Origin: Planctomycetota bacterium
GTDB taxonomy: Bacteria; Planctomycetota; PLA2; JAEUHO01
NCBI GenBank assembly: GCA_050248855.1
Contig: JBFWRP010000017.1
Span: forward strand, 1 to 64,000
Reading direction: 5' to 3'
DNA length: 64,000 nt
The notes beneath the pieces were generated by a model. It was not told the origin of the DNA. It searched no databases and saw nothing but the letters and a program-made list of their open reading frames with translations. Both the position numbers and the translations under genes were made by a program. Every line of letters starts with the position of its first letter. Position 1 is the first letter of the stretch. This document shows positions 9,710-19,499 of this stretch, one piece after another.

Positions 9710-10545
9710 GCCCGACGCCGCTCGTGATGGCCATCAGCGACTCGACCGGGGAGACGGCGGAGGCCACCTGCCGGGCCGCCTTGGCCCAGTTCGGACAGTT
9801 CCCCGAGGGCACGGTGCGCGTCGTGCCCCACGTGCTCGACGAGGCCTCGCTCGAGCGCTGCATGCGCGACGCGGCCGCGCACGGCGCGCTGGTCGTCTAC
9901 ACGCTGGTCGGCAGCGGGCTGCGCGCGCGCGTGCAAGAGCTGGCCGACCGCCACGACGTGGTGGCCCACGACCTCCTGGGCGGCCTGATCGGTCGCTTGG
10001 CCACGCACCTGGGGCGTGGCGCCAAGAACGTGCCCGGCCTCGGCCACGAGCTCGATGCCGAGTACTTCCGCCGCATCGAGGCCATCGAGTTCGCCGTCTA
10101 CAACGACGACGGCAAGATCCCCGGCAACCTCAAGAAAGCCGACATCGTCCTGGTCGGCATCAGCCGCACGTCGAAGACGCCGCTCAGCAACTACATCGCG
10201 CACCGCGGCTACAAGGTAGCCAACGTGCCGATCGTGCTCGACATCCCGCTGCCGAGCGAGCTGGCGACCATCGATCCGGGGCGCGTCTTCGGCTTGCTGA
10301 TCGACGCCGTGACGCTGATGAACATCCGCAAGGCGCGCATGGCCGCGCTCGGGATGAGCCCCGACAGCGACTACGGCGACCTGCGCCAGATCCGCCGCGA
10401 GATCCAGTTCGCCCAGCGCCTCTTCGACGAGCACCCGGAGTGGACCGTCGTGGACGTCAGCCAGCGGGCCATCGAGGAGACGGCCAGCTCGATCCTCGAG
10501 ACGTACCGCAGCCGCTTCGAGGCGCCTGCCGCGGAGGGTGCGTGA
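9706..10545 (+). CDS. ppsR: PEP synthase/PPDK regulatory kinase-pyrophosphorylase (DUF299)
   Basis: ISDSTGETAE, YFRRIEAIEFAV, DDG, GISRTSKTPLS, AIEETA. Confidence 0.9.
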   Translation: MSPTPLVMAISDSTGETAEATCRAALAQFGQFPEGTVRVVPHVLDEASLERCMRDAAAHGALVVYTLVGSGLRARVQELADRHDVVAHDLLGGLIGRLATHLGRGAKNVPGLGHELDAEYFRRIEAIEFAVYNDDGKIPGNLKKADIVLVGISRTSKTPLSNYIAHRGYKVANVPIVLDIPLPSELATIDPGRVFGLLIDAVTLMNIRKARMAALGMSPDSDYGDLRQIRREIQFAQRLFDEHPEWTVVDVSQRAIEETASSILETYRSRFEAPAAEGA

Positions 10546-11510
10546 GCGAGGCCGTGCTTCGGACGGAAGGCCTGACCAAGGCCTACGGCAGCAACGTGGC
10601 GCTGGAGGGTGTCACGCTCGAGGTGCCGCCGGGCGTCACGGGCCTCCTCGGGCCCAACGGCGCGGGCAAGAGCACCATGCTGCAGTGCGTGCTCGGGCTC
10701 CTGCCCGACTTCCGCGGCAAGGCCGAGGTCCTGGGTCTGGACGCGCGCCGCGACCGTCGCGCCATCCGCCGCCGCGTCGGCTTCATGCCCGAGCTCGATG
10801 CCTACCTGTTCGGCATCTCGGGGCTTCACGCCGTGCGCTACCTGGCCCAGCTCTCGGGGCTGCCGCGGCGCGAGGCCCTGCGCCGCGCGCACGAGGTGCT
10901 CACGCACGTGGGCCTGGGCGAGGCGATCTACCGCAAGGTCGATGGTTACAGCACGGGCATGCGCCAGCGCTTCAAGCTGGCCCAGGCCATCGCCCACGAC
11001 CCCGACCTCGTGTTCCTCGACGAGCCGCTGGCGGGCCTGGACCCCGACGGGCGCAAGGAGGTCCGCGACCTGATCCACGACCTGGCCGTGGAGCACAAGA
11101 AGCACGTGCTCTGGTCCTCGCACCTCTTGCCCGACGTCCAGCGTGTCGCCGAGCAGGTCGTCGTGCTGCACCGCGGCAGGAGCCGTGGCCTCTTCCGCAT
11201 GGACGAGCTCTTGGCCCGCGAAGGCCGCTTCCAGGTGGAGGTCGAAGGCGACGGACGCGCGCTGGTCGAAGTGCTCGCTTCGATCGACGACGGCTCGGTG
11301 CGCCTGGAAGGCGAGAAGCGTGCGGCGGCCTCGAGCCTGGTCGAAGCCCGGACGTCCTACGAGGTCGTCGGCCCGGCCGACCTGGAGGCGGGCCACTTGC
11401 TGGCCATCTGCCACCACGCCGGCGTCCGCGTGCGCCGCGTCGTCCCGCTCGCCGAGACCCTCGAGGACGTGTTCCTGCGCCTGCTGGGCGACGACGAGGG
11501 AGCCGCCTGA
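10542..11510 (+). CDS. ABC-2 transporter ATP-binding protein
   Basis: GPNGAGKST, YSTGMRQR, FLDEP. Confidence 0.92.
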   Translation: MSEAVLRTEGLTKAYGSNVALEGVTLEVPPGVTGLLGPNGAGKSTMLQCVLGLLPDFRGKAEVLGLDARRDRRAIRRRVGFMPELDAYLFGISGLHAVRYLAQLSGLPRREALRRAHEVLTHVGLGEAIYRKVDGYSTGMRQRFKLAQAIAHDPDLVFLDEPLAGLDPDGRKEVRDLIHDLAVEHKKHVLWSSHLLPDVQRVAEQVVVLHRGRSRGLFRMDELLAREGRFQVEVEGDGRALVEVLASIDDGSVRLEGEKRAAASSLVEARTSYEVVGPADLEAGHLLAICHHAGVRVRRVVPLAETLEDVFLRLLGDDEGAA

Positions 11511-12415
11511 TGGCGATCTTCCGCAAGGGCTACCGTCCGTACACCGGGCCGCGCTCCCACGTGCCCGCGTTCTACGTGATCGCGCGGCAGGGTTGGGGGC
11601 AGGCGGTCAAGTCGTGGTCCGTTCGCGTGCCGGCCTTGTTCCAGCTGATCATCTTCGCCGGGGTCATGACCGGGCTGCTCGTGACGCTCTCGCTGAAGGA
11701 GCAAGCCAAGGAGATGGGCCCGCAGGGACGCATGTTGAGCTTTGCGCTGGCCAGCGTGGACGAGCTGCAGCAATCCGCCCGCGGCTTCTACGAAGCCACG
11801 ACGTTCCTCGTGTGCCTCATTGCGATCTTCGTGGGCGCGGGGCTCATTGCCAACGACAAGCGCAGCAAGGCCTCGAGCCTCTACCTCGCACGCCCCATGC
11901 ATCGACTCGACTACGTCCTGGGCAAGCTGTTGGTCGTGCCGGGTCTCGTCGGGCTCATGTCCTTCGTTCCGGGACTCGTGATGTGGCTGACCGTGGGGCT
12001 GTGGCAGGAGCCCGGCGAGACCATGGCTTGGTACCGCGACAACACGGACTTCCTCGTGCGCGTGGTCTCGTATGCAGCGATCGTGACCACCGCCATGACC
12101 GGCATCATGTTGACGGTGAGCTCGCTCGCCTCACGTGCCGGCACGGCGATCGTCATGGGTCTCTCCGCCTTGGTGGCCGGAAGCGTGATCTCCTCCGCCG
12201 CGCACAACATGGAAGGAGCGCTGGGCTCCTACCTCTTCGCGACGGGCATCCCGCGGAACGCCCTTCGCGAGTGGCGCTCCATGGAGGGGGTGCGCGGGTT
12301 CGCGACCCGTTGGCAGCCCGACGAGACGGCCATCTGGCACGTGTCGTTGGCCCTGCTGCTCGTCGGTGTCGTCGTGACGCTCTGGAAGACGCGCTCCACG
12401 GAGGTGACGGAATGA
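11510..12415 (+). CDS. ABC-2 transporter permease
   Basis: About 6 TM segments; GAGLIANDKRS...LYLARP...YVLGK. Confidence 0.85.
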   Translation: MAIFRKGYRPYTGPRSHVPAFYVIARQGWGQAVKSWSVRVPALFQLIIFAGVMTGLLVTLSLKEQAKEMGPQGRMLSFALASVDELQQSARGFYEATTFLVCLIAIFVGAGLIANDKRSKASSLYLARPMHRLDYVLGKLLVVPGLVGLMSFVPGLVMWLTVGLWQEPGETMAWYRDNTDFLVRVVSYAAIVTTAMTGIMLTVSSLASRAGTAIVMGLSALVAGSVISSAAHNMEGALGSYLFATGIPRNALREWRSMEGVRGFATRWQPDETAIWHVSLALLLVGVVVTLWKTRSTEVTE

Positions 12416-13335
12416 GCGAGCCCGCCGTCGTCCTCGATCGCGTCAGCCGCTGGTACGGCGACGTGCTCGGCGTGAACGAGATCTCGCTCGAGCTCGGCCC
12501 CGGCGTGACGGGCCTCCTGGGGCCCAACGGGGCCGGCAAGAGCACGCTGATCAAGCTGGTCTGCGGGTTCTTGAAGCCCGAGCTGGGAACCATCCGCGTG
12601 CACGGGCGCGACCCGTTCACCAACCGCACGGTGCAACGCGACATCGGCCTCTGCCCCGAGCAGGACGCCGCCCCCACCGGGCAGTCGGCCCTCTCCTACC
12701 TCACGTACCTCAACCGGCTGCAGGGCTTCGAGCGCGGCCCCGCCAAGAGGCTCGCCGAGATGACGCTCGAGCACGTGGGGCTGGCGGGAGCGATGAAGCG
12801 CTCCGTGAGCCAGTACAGCAAGGGCATGCGCCAGCGCTTCAAGCTGGCCCAGGCCATCGCCCACGAGCCGCACGTCGTGGTGCTCGACGAGCCCATGAAC
12901 GGCCTGGACCCGCCCTCGCGCCGCGACTTCGCCGACGCCATCCGCCGCCTTGGCGCGGAGGGCCGCTGCGTGCTGGTCAGCAGCCACGTGCTGCACGAGG
13001 TCGAGACGGTCGCCGAACGCATCGTCGTGATGCAGCGCGGTCGCATGCTGGCCGACGGCACGCCGCGCGATCTCCGCGCCGAGCTGGCGGAAGTCCCGCT
13101 GACGGTGCGCATCGCGACGCCGGCACCCGCCGAGCTGGCCGGGCGCCTCGTGGCCCTGGACGGCGTGCGCGACGTGGAGCGCGGCACCGACCTCCTGCAG
13201 GTGCGCACGACGCGCGCCGACGCCCTGTTCGACACGCTGGCCGCCCTGGCTGCCGAGGAGGGCGCCCCGCGCGTGCTGTCGGCCGAGCCGGTCGACGAGT
13301 CGCTGGAAGCCGTGTTCGAGTACCTCACCCGATGA
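12412..13335 (+). CDS. ABC-2 transporter ATP-binding protein
   Basis: GPNGAGKST, YSKGMRQR, VLDEP, SSH. Confidence 0.92.
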   Translation: MSEPAVVLDRVSRWYGDVLGVNEISLELGPGVTGLLGPNGAGKSTLIKLVCGFLKPELGTIRVHGRDPFTNRTVQRDIGLCPEQDAAPTGQSALSYLTYLNRLQGFERGPAKRLAEMTLEHVGLAGAMKRSVSQYSKGMRQRFKLAQAIAHEPHVVVLDEPMNGLDPPSRRDFADAIRRLGAEGRCVLVSSHVLHEVETVAERIVVMQRGRMLADGTPRDLRAELAEVPLTVRIATPAPAELAGRLVALDGVRDVERGTDLLQVRTTRADALFDTLAALAAEEGAPRVLSAEPVDESLEAVFEYLTR

Positions 13336-14246
13336 CCGACGTCCTCGTCCCCCACGACACGCTGCCCCCGCGCGAAGCGCCCACCGCCCCGCGGCCGATG
13401 GCGGGTTTCCGCGCCCTGTTCGGCCAGGCCTTCCGCGAGGGCTGGCGGCGGCGCCGGCTCGTGCTGCTGCTGCTCGCCTCGGTCGGCATCGGGGCGCTCG
13501 TCGGACGCTTGGCCGTGCGCGTGGCTACCCGCATGACGCAATGGAACGACATGCCGCTCGACGAGCTGCTCGCGTCGCAGCTGTGGCTCAACCTGGGCCG
13601 CTTCGTCGTGGCGATGCTGTTCCCGCTGATCGCGCTGCTACTGGGCAGCCAGGGCTTCTCACGCCTGCGCAGCGACCGCACGCTCGTCTACCACCTCGTG
13701 CGCCCCGTCGGGCGCGGGACGATCTTCCTCGCCCGCTGGCTGGCGGGCGTGCCGTCCCTGATCGCGGTGTCGCTCGCCGCAGTGGCCGCCACGGTGCTCG
13801 CGTCGGGGGTCGCGCTTCCCGTGGCCGGATGGTTGGGCCTCGTGGGCGTCACCGTCATCGCCATGTTCGTGCTGTCCGCGGTCTACTTCGCGCTGTCGGC
13901 CGTCTGGCGGAACGGCGTGATCATCGGCCTGATCTACACGTTCGTCATCGAGGGCCTGCTGGCGACCGTGCCCGGCACGATGCAGCGCGCTTCGATCAGC
14001 CACCACGTGCGTGCCTTGCTCGTCTCGTGGGTCGGCCCCGCCTTCGAGAGCCTGGGCGAAGGCGTAGCGCAGAACGTCCAAGCCGGCACGAGCGACCGCG
14101 ACGCCGAGAACGCCGTCTCCTTCTTCGGTCAGACCGAGTACCTCGACGGCGGCACTGCCCTGCTCGTGCTCGTGATCCTGGGCGCCGTCTTCGTGCTGGG
14201 CGGCATGCACCTCGTCCGCCGCAAGGACTGGCCGCTGAAGGACTAG
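13332..14246 (+). CDS. ABC-2 transporter permease
   Basis: TM segments; DRTLVYHLVRPVGR motif. Confidence 0.85.
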   Translation: MTDVLVPHDTLPPREAPTAPRPMAGFRALFGQAFREGWRRRRLVLLLLASVGIGALVGRLAVRVATRMTQWNDMPLDELLASQLWLNLGRFVVAMLFPLIALLLGSQGFSRLRSDRTLVYHLVRPVGRGTIFLARWLAGVPSLIAVSLAAVAATVLASGVALPVAGWLGLVGVTVIAMFVLSAVYFALSAVWRNGVIIGLIYTFVIEGLLATVPGTMQRASISHHVRALLVSWVGPAFESLGEGVAQNVQAGTSDRDAENAVSFFGQTEYLDGGTALLVLVILGAVFVLGGMHLVRRKDWPLKD

Positions 14247-15067
14247 CGCTTCCGGCGAAGCTCCGGCACCGCCTCCGTGCGCCACCACGTGAGCCAGGGG
14301 CCGGGCTTGGGGCCGAGGTCGCGGCCAGCGACCTTGGCCAGGAAGGCGCGGGCGGCAACGCGCTCGCGCGTCGTGAAGCCGTGCTCGGCGCCGAGGACCT
14401 TGACGTCCAGGCACTCGCCCTCTTGGAGGACGCCGACGACGGGGTCCGCGATGAAGGAGGTGGCTGCGACCTCGACGTCGAAGTCCTGGATGTAGGACGT
14501 CTGCCGAAGCGTCGTGAAGTTGACCCGCGGGAAGTCGCCGGACGTCGCGTGCCAGCGCAGCACGACGACGCCCGCCGCGAGCGGGTCGTCCTGCGCGGCC
14601 AGGGCCTCGATGGCGTGCACCCGCACGTCGGTCGAAGAGGCCAGGAGAGCGCGAGCGAGCGCAGCCGTCGTGCCCGGCGCCTCGAGGGCGACCAACGAGC
14701 GCCGCGCGGCCGCGCGGACCTCGTCGCTGCGGTCCGCCGTGGCGGCGGCCACGAGCGGGTCACGCGCGCGCACGTCGGCGAGCGCGGCCAGCTCGGTCGC
14801 GGCGCGCGTGCGCCACGCGGTCTCGCGGGCGCCGCGCAGCACCTCGCACCACGGGACGACGCGGTGCACGCGCTCGACGCGTTCCAGCAAGCGCTTGGCC
14901 GTGTGCACGACGTGGGCGTCCTTCGAGCGCAAGCCCGCGAGGTAGCCGCGCACCTGCTGTTCGATGGCCGTGTCCGGCGCGGGCGGCGCCTCGGCCTCCG
15001 GCGGCGCAGCCTCCGAGGGCGCGGCCGCGAGCAGTGCGACCAGGAGCACGGGAAGCAGTCGGGACAT
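14243..15067 (-). CDS. Secreted HEAT-repeat protein with secretin-like [10 protein letters not shown] segment
   Basis: Signal peptide, HEAT-like repeats (DRSDEVRAAARRSL, TDVRVHAIEAL), C-terminal [27 protein letters not shown]. Confidence 0.7.
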   Translation of the reverse strand: MSRLLPVLLVALLAAAPSEAAPPEAEAPPAPDTAIEQQVRGYLAGLRSKDAHVVHTAKRLLERVERVHRVVPWCEVLRGARETAWRTRAATELAALADVRARDPLVAAATADRSDEVRAAARRSLVALEAPGTTAALARALLASSTDVRVHAIEALAAQDDPLAAGVVVLRWHATSGDFPRVNFTTLRQTSYIQDFDVEVAATSFIADPVVGVLQEGECLDVKVLGAEHGFTTRERVAARAFLAKVAGRDLGPKPGPWLTWWRTEAVPELRRKR

Positions 15068-15132
15068 GGAACCTCCTCGGACGCCGCCAGCAGGCGACAC
15101 ATCAGGGACGGAGCGAGGTGGAGCGACGCTCG

Positions 15133-16326
15133 CTACTCGGCGTCGCGGGAGGCGCGCTTGGCACGGCGATCGCGGTAGCCCGCGGCGCGCTCCTCGAGCA
15201 GGCGGTCCTTCTCCGCGTTCCACATGCGCAGCCAGGGCTTGACGTCGGAGCCCAGCTCGAGGCCCGACAGGCGCTCGGCCGCGCCTTGGTAGGCGACGCG
15301 CTCCAGCGTGCTGAAGCCGTGCTCGGCGCCCAGGACCTTGACGGCGTGCACGACGCCCTCTTGCAGCACGCCCACGACCGGGTCGGCGATGAAGGACGTC
15401 TGGGCCACTTCGACGTCGAAGTCCTGGATGTAGGAGACCTGGTTGATGGTGGCGATGTAGGCCCGCGGGAAGTCACCGGACGTGGCGTGCCAGCGGTGCA
15501 GCACGTAGCCCATGCCCATCACGTCACCCAGGCGCCCGATGGCCTCGGCTGCGTGCGCGCGCGTTTCCACGGAGCGGCTGCCGAGCGCCCGGGCCAGCGG
15601 GTAGACCGTGTCGGGGCTGTCGATGGCCTTCAACGCGTCCACGACCGCCGCACGCACCGACTCCTCGGGGTCGTAGATCGCGCGCTTGAGCAGGGCGGGA
15701 ATCGCGCGGGTGTCGCCGAGCCGTCCCAGCTCTTGCGCTGCGTAGAGCCTGAGCGATGCAGGCTCGACGCGCAGCGCCATGGCAAGAGGCGCCAGCTTGT
15801 AGCGGTCCTCCTCCAGGGCCAGCCGCCGCCGCGCCTGCGTCACCGTGGCCTCGTCCTCGCTCGCGAGTCGCTCGAGCAGCGTGCGGACCCGCGCCTCGCC
15901 GGCCTTCTGGTCGGCGCGCTCGCGCTCGGGGCGCGTGATGGCCGCCAGCTCTTCGCTGGTCAGCCACTTGCCCTCGTGGCGCACGAAGCCCTTGGCGCGC
16001 AGGAGGTCATCGCCCGCGAGCCAGCGCTCGCCGATGCGCTCGTGGCCGAGTGCCCGGCGTGCGGCCAAGTGCTCGGGGTCGATGCCGATGACGATCTCGT
16101 AGGCCTTGGTCGCCAGGTCGCGGGCTCCGGCGGCCTCCAGCTCGAGCGCCAGCTTGAACGCGGCCTGGGCGTCCTCCTGGTCCAGCTGGGCAAGGCGCCG
16201 CTCGAGGGCGGCGCGACCGGCGTCCTCGCCCGCGGGCGCGGGCGGGGCCGCGAAGGCCCCCACCGCCGCCAGGGCGACGGCCAGGACGAGCGGGCGAACG
16301 GCGGGGCGAAGGGCGTGATCGGCCAC
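15133..16326 (-). CDS. Secreted HEAT-repeat protein with secretin-like [10 protein letters not shown] segment (paralogue)
   Basis: Signal peptide, [12 protein letters not shown]...[15 protein letters not shown] repeats, [27 protein letters not shown]. Confidence 0.72.
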   Translation of the reverse strand: MADHALRPAVRPLVLAVALAAVGAFAAPPAPAGEDAGRAALERRLAQLDQEDAQAAFKLALELEAAGARDLATKAYEIVIGIDPEHLAARRALGHERIGERWLAGDDLLRAKGFVRHEGKWLTSEELAAITRPERERADQKAGEARVRTLLERLASEDEATVTQARRRLALEEDRYKLAPLAMALRVEPASLRLYAAQELGRLGDTRAIPALLKRAIYDPEESVRAAVVDALKAIDSPDTVYPLARALGSRSVETRAHAAEAIGRLGDVMGMGYVLHRWHATSGDFPRAYIATINQVSYIQDFDVEVAQTSFIADPVVGVLQEGVVHAVKVLGAEHGFSTLERVAYQGAAERLSGLELGSDVKPWLRMWNAEKDRLLEERAAGYRDRRAKRASRDAE

Positions 16327-16357
16327 GGGCGGCTCCTCGGGCGGGGTGCCTTTCAGG

Positions 16358-16383
16358 AACGCGAGCCAGGGCCGCAAGTTACA
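16358..16383 (-). promoter_or_regulatory. Candidate ECF promoter TGTAAC-N16-CGTT
   Basis: Same spacing as the motif at 7887-7912; ~30 bp upstream of the start at 16326. Confidence 0.45.
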
Positions 16384-16495
16384 GCGCGGCCCATGGCGTC
16401 CGGCAGGCAGCCCGCGAAAGGTGGCCCCCGGGCGGCCCCCCGGTACCGTCCGGCCGCACGCCGTGGCGACGAGCGCGACGGCCCCGGAGGCCCCC

Positions 16496-16948
16496 ATGAC
16501 CGAGGTCACGATCACCACGAACAAGGGCGACATCGTCCTCGAGCTCTATCCGAAGGAAGCCCCCAAGACGGTCGAGAACTTCGTCAAGCTGATCAAGGAG
16601 GGGTACTACGACGGCCTCGCGTTCCACCGCTACGTGCCTGACTTCGTGATCCAGGGCGGGTGCCCCAACACGCGTCCGGGCGCCACCGGGCGGCCCGGCA
16701 CGGGCGGCCCGGGCTACAAGATCAAGTGCGAGACCAAGGGCAACCCGCACCTCCACGGCACGGGCGCGCTGTCGATGGCCCACGCAGGCAAGGACACCGG
16801 CGGCAGCCAGTTCTTCATCACGCTGCGCGACACGCCCCACCTGGACGGCGTGCACACCGTGTTCGGCGGCGTGACGTCCGGCATGGACGTGGTCAAGGCG
16901 ATCCGCGAGGGTGACCGCATGCAGAAGGTCACCGTCAAGGAGAGCTGA
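16496..16948 (+). CDS. Cyclophilin-type peptidyl-prolyl cis-trans isomerase
   Basis: [48 protein letters not shown]. Confidence 0.95.
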   Translation: MTEVTITTNKGDIVLELYPKEAPKTVENFVKLIKEGYYDGLAFHRYVPDFVIQGGCPNTRPGATGRPGTGGPGYKIKCETKGNPHLHGTGALSMAHAGKDTGGSQFFITLRDTPHLDGVHTVFGGVTSGMDVVKAIREGDRMQKVTVKES

Positions 16949-17462
16949 CGGCTTCCGCCGCGCGCTGCGCGAGGACCTGGTCGATCCAGACCGGCAGGTC
17001 ACGCGTCCAGTTGACCGCGCCCAGGTGGAACGGACCCGAATGCGTCGCGTGCATCTCGAGGCGCGCGAGGTCGGGCTGCCCCGGCACGCCGTGTACCGAC
17101 ACGACGACCGCCGAGAGGAAGGGTTCGTCGTAGCTCGTGCTGGAGGCGTCCTCGGGGTCGCGTTCCTTGGCCACGACCTCGCCGCGGCGCTTGGACACGA
17201 AGATCGCCTTCACGGGCTGGCCGCCCCGACCGCGCGCGAAGGCCGCGGCCTCGCCCACCACCTCGACCAGCTCGCCCGGCGGCAGGTGGTAGGTGCGGAA
17301 GGGGCCCGTCCCGCGCAGGTCGCGCAGCGCCGAGATCGTGCCGCCGCGGAGGGTGGCCACGGTCTCGAGCGACTCGAGGACGCGGTCCGAGCCGACGCTG
17401 CTCGAGCAGCCTGGCAGCGCCAGCGCGCCGGCCACGAGCAGGGGGAGCAGGCTGCGCTTCAT
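16935..17462 (-). CDS. Hypothetical lipoprotein
   Basis: [19 protein letters not shown] lipobox-like; overlaps the ispF stop. Confidence 0.65.
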   Translation of the reverse strand: MKRSLLPLLVAGALALPGCSSSVGSDRVLESLETVATLRGGTISALRDLRGTGPFRTYHLPPGELVEVVGEAAAFARGRGGQPVKAIFVSKRRGEVVAKERDPEDASSTSYDEPFLSAVVVSVHGVPGQPDLARLEMHATHSGPFHLGAVNWTRDLPVWIDQVLAQRAAEAVSSP

Positions 17463-17938
17463 GCGCCGACCTCGCGCAGCGTGGCGACGGCCATGGCGGC
17501 GATGCCCTCGCCGCGGCCCAGGGCACCCAACCCCTCGTGGGTGGTCGCCTTCACGTTGACGGCGTCGGGTGCGAGGCCCAGCAGGCTCGCGATCCGCTCC
17601 ACCATCGCGCTGCGGTAGGGCGCCAGACGCGGCCTTTCGGCGATCACCGTGGCGTCGACATGGGCCACGTCCAGGCCCCGTGCGCGCACCTTGGCGAGGA
17701 TTTCGGCGAGCAGCACGGCCGACGGGACGTCCTTCCACTGCGGGTCGGAGTCGGGGAAGTGCTCGCCCAGGTCGCCGAGCGCCGCGGCGCCGAGCAGGGC
17801 GTCGCCGATGGCGTGCAGCAGGGCGTCGGCGTCGGAGTGGCCGCGCAGGCCCCACGACCCCTCCACCTTGACGCCGCCCAGCACCAGGGTGCGACCGGGC
17901 TCGAACGGATGGACGTCGTAGCCGATCCCCACGCGCAC
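17459..17938 (-). CDS. ispF: 2-C-methyl-D-erythritol 2,4-cyclodiphosphate synthase
   Basis: RVGIGYDVH, GHSDAD, GDLGEHFPD, VNVKATT. Confidence 0.96.
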   Translation of the reverse strand: MRVGIGYDVHPFEPGRTLVLGGVKVEGSWGLRGHSDADALLHAIGDALLGAAALGDLGEHFPDSDPQWKDVPSAVLLAEILAKVRARGLDVAHVDATVIAERPRLAPYRSAMVERIASLLGLAPDAVNVKATTHEGLGALGRGEGIAAMAVATLREVGA

Positions 17939-18013
17939 GGTGGCACCTCCGACGGGCGCCCGGCCGCGCCCCGAGCGGGCAGCCTACCGCGACGAGGCGG
18001 TATGCTCCCGCCC

Positions 18014-18694
18014 GTGATCGGCCTCGTGCTCACCGCCGCGGGTGCGTCGACCCGCTTCGGCGGCGAGACGCCGAAGGTGCTCGCCGACCTGGGTGGGCGC
18101 CCCGTGATCGCCCATGCGCTCGCCGCGTTCCGGGCGGTGATCCCCGACGTGGCCGTCGTGGTGACGGCCCCTGCGGGCCTGGAGGCCCGCTTCGCGGAGG
18201 CCCTCTCCGGCGTCCACGTGGTGACCGGCGGGGCCACGCGGCAGGCCAGCGTGCTGGCCGGCCTGCGTGCGCTGCCGCACGAGGCCGACCCGATCCTCGT
18301 GCATGACGCCGCTCGCCCGCTGCTCGGGGCCGACGTGATCCGACGCGTCCTCGAGGGCATCGCCACGGCGGGCGCCGCGCTGCCCGTCCTGCCCGTCACC
18401 GACACGGTGCACCGCTTGGCGCATGCCCCGACGGCGGTCACCGCCGTCCCGCTGGCCGCCGCCCTCCCGCGCGACGAGCTGGTGCGTGCACAGACCCCCC
18501 AAGGCGCGCGTCGGGCGCTGCTCGTCGCGGCGCTCGAGGCCGCCGCGCGGGACGGGCGCGACTACACCGACGAAGCCGCGCTGCTCTTGGCAGCGGGACA
18601 CGTCGTGCTGGCCGTGGCCGGCGACGCGCGGCTCGCGAAGATCACGACGCGCGAAGACCTCGACGACGCGCGGCGCCGCCACGCCGCCGGCTGA
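18014..18694 (+). CDS. ispD: 2-C-methyl-D-erythritol 4-phosphate cytidylyltransferase
   Basis: AAGASTRFG, GGATRQASV, LVHDAARP, AQTPQ, TDEA, KITTREDL. Confidence 0.92.
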   Translation: MIGLVLTAAGASTRFGGETPKVLADLGGRPVIAHALAAFRAVIPDVAVVVTAPAGLEARFAEALSGVHVVTGGATRQASVLAGLRALPHEADPILVHDAARPLLGADVIRRVLEGIATAGAALPVLPVTDTVHRLAHAPTAVTAVPLAAALPRDELVRAQTPQGARRALLVAALEAAARDGRDYTDEAALLLAAGHVVLAVAGDARLAKITTREDLDDARRRHAAG

Positions 18695-18766
18695 CGCTTC
18701 ACAACGCCTGCACGGCGTGCGGAAAGCGAAGCGTGGTGTCGCGCGACGCGCGCGTACGATCCGGGC

Positions 18767-19423
18767 ATGGTGCGCCACGATCCCGTGCGACCCGACCGCG
18801 GCGCGTCCCCGCCCAGCGGGCCCGTGCTGGGCATCGATCCCGGGACACGGCACCTGGGCTGGGCCGTGGTGGAAGCCGAGGGTCCGCGTCTGGTCGCGCG
18901 GGGCTTCGGCGTGCTGTCAGCGCGCGCCAACCTGCCGGTTCCCAAGCGGCTCATGCTGCTGGCCGAGGGGCTGCGCCGCGTGGTGGCCGAGCACCGGCCC
19001 GCTGCCGGCGCCCTCGAAGAAGCGTTCTACGGCCGTGACGCCCGGGCCGCCCAGCGCATCGGCGAGGCGCGCGGCGCGATCCACCTCGTCCTCGCCGAGG
19101 CCGGTGTGCCGGTCACGGGCTACGCCAACAACGTGGTCAAGAAGGCCGTCACGGCCAACGGCCGCGCCTCCAAGGCCCAGGTGATGGCCATGGTGCAGCG
19201 CATCCTGGCCTTGCCCGACGCCGTGACGGCCTCCGACGCCGCCGACGCCCTGGCCCTGGCGATCTGCCATCTCCAGCAGGGCCGGGTCGTGGGTCCGCGC
19301 AGCGTCGAGCATCGTGGCGCGCCGGGCTTGAGCCCGCGGATCGCCGAGGCGCTGGCCCGCGAAGCCGCCCGCACCCAGGGTGCGGGGCGGACGGTACCGC
19401 GTCCCGGGCCCCGTTCCGGGTAG
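18767..19423 (+). CDS. ruvC: Crossover junction endodeoxyribonuclease
   Basis: LGIDPG, EEAFY, GEARG, VKKAVT.NGRASKAQV, DAADALALAICH. Confidence 0.95.
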   Translation: MVRHDPVRPDRGASPPSGPVLGIDPGTRHLGWAVVEAEGPRLVARGFGVLSARANLPVPKRLMLLAEGLRRVVAEHRPAAGALEEAFYGRDARAAQRIGEARGAIHLVLAEAGVPVTGYANNVVKKAVTANGRASKAQVMAMVQRILALPDAVTASDAADALALAICHLQQGRVVGPRSVEHRGAPGLSPRIAEALAREAARTQGAGRTVPRPGPRSG

Positions 19424-19499
19424 GTTGGCGCGCTGGCCGGGGGCGTGGTCCCCGGCCCTCTCCCTTCCGCCCCCTTCCTGTTGGAGCCCGCTTCCGCCC

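Noticed and set aside
10955..12866. 45-bp identical stretch between the two ABC ATPase genes (10955-10999, 12822-12866)
   Set aside because: It covers the conserved ABC signature region; paralogy plus restricted high-GC codon choice is sufficient.
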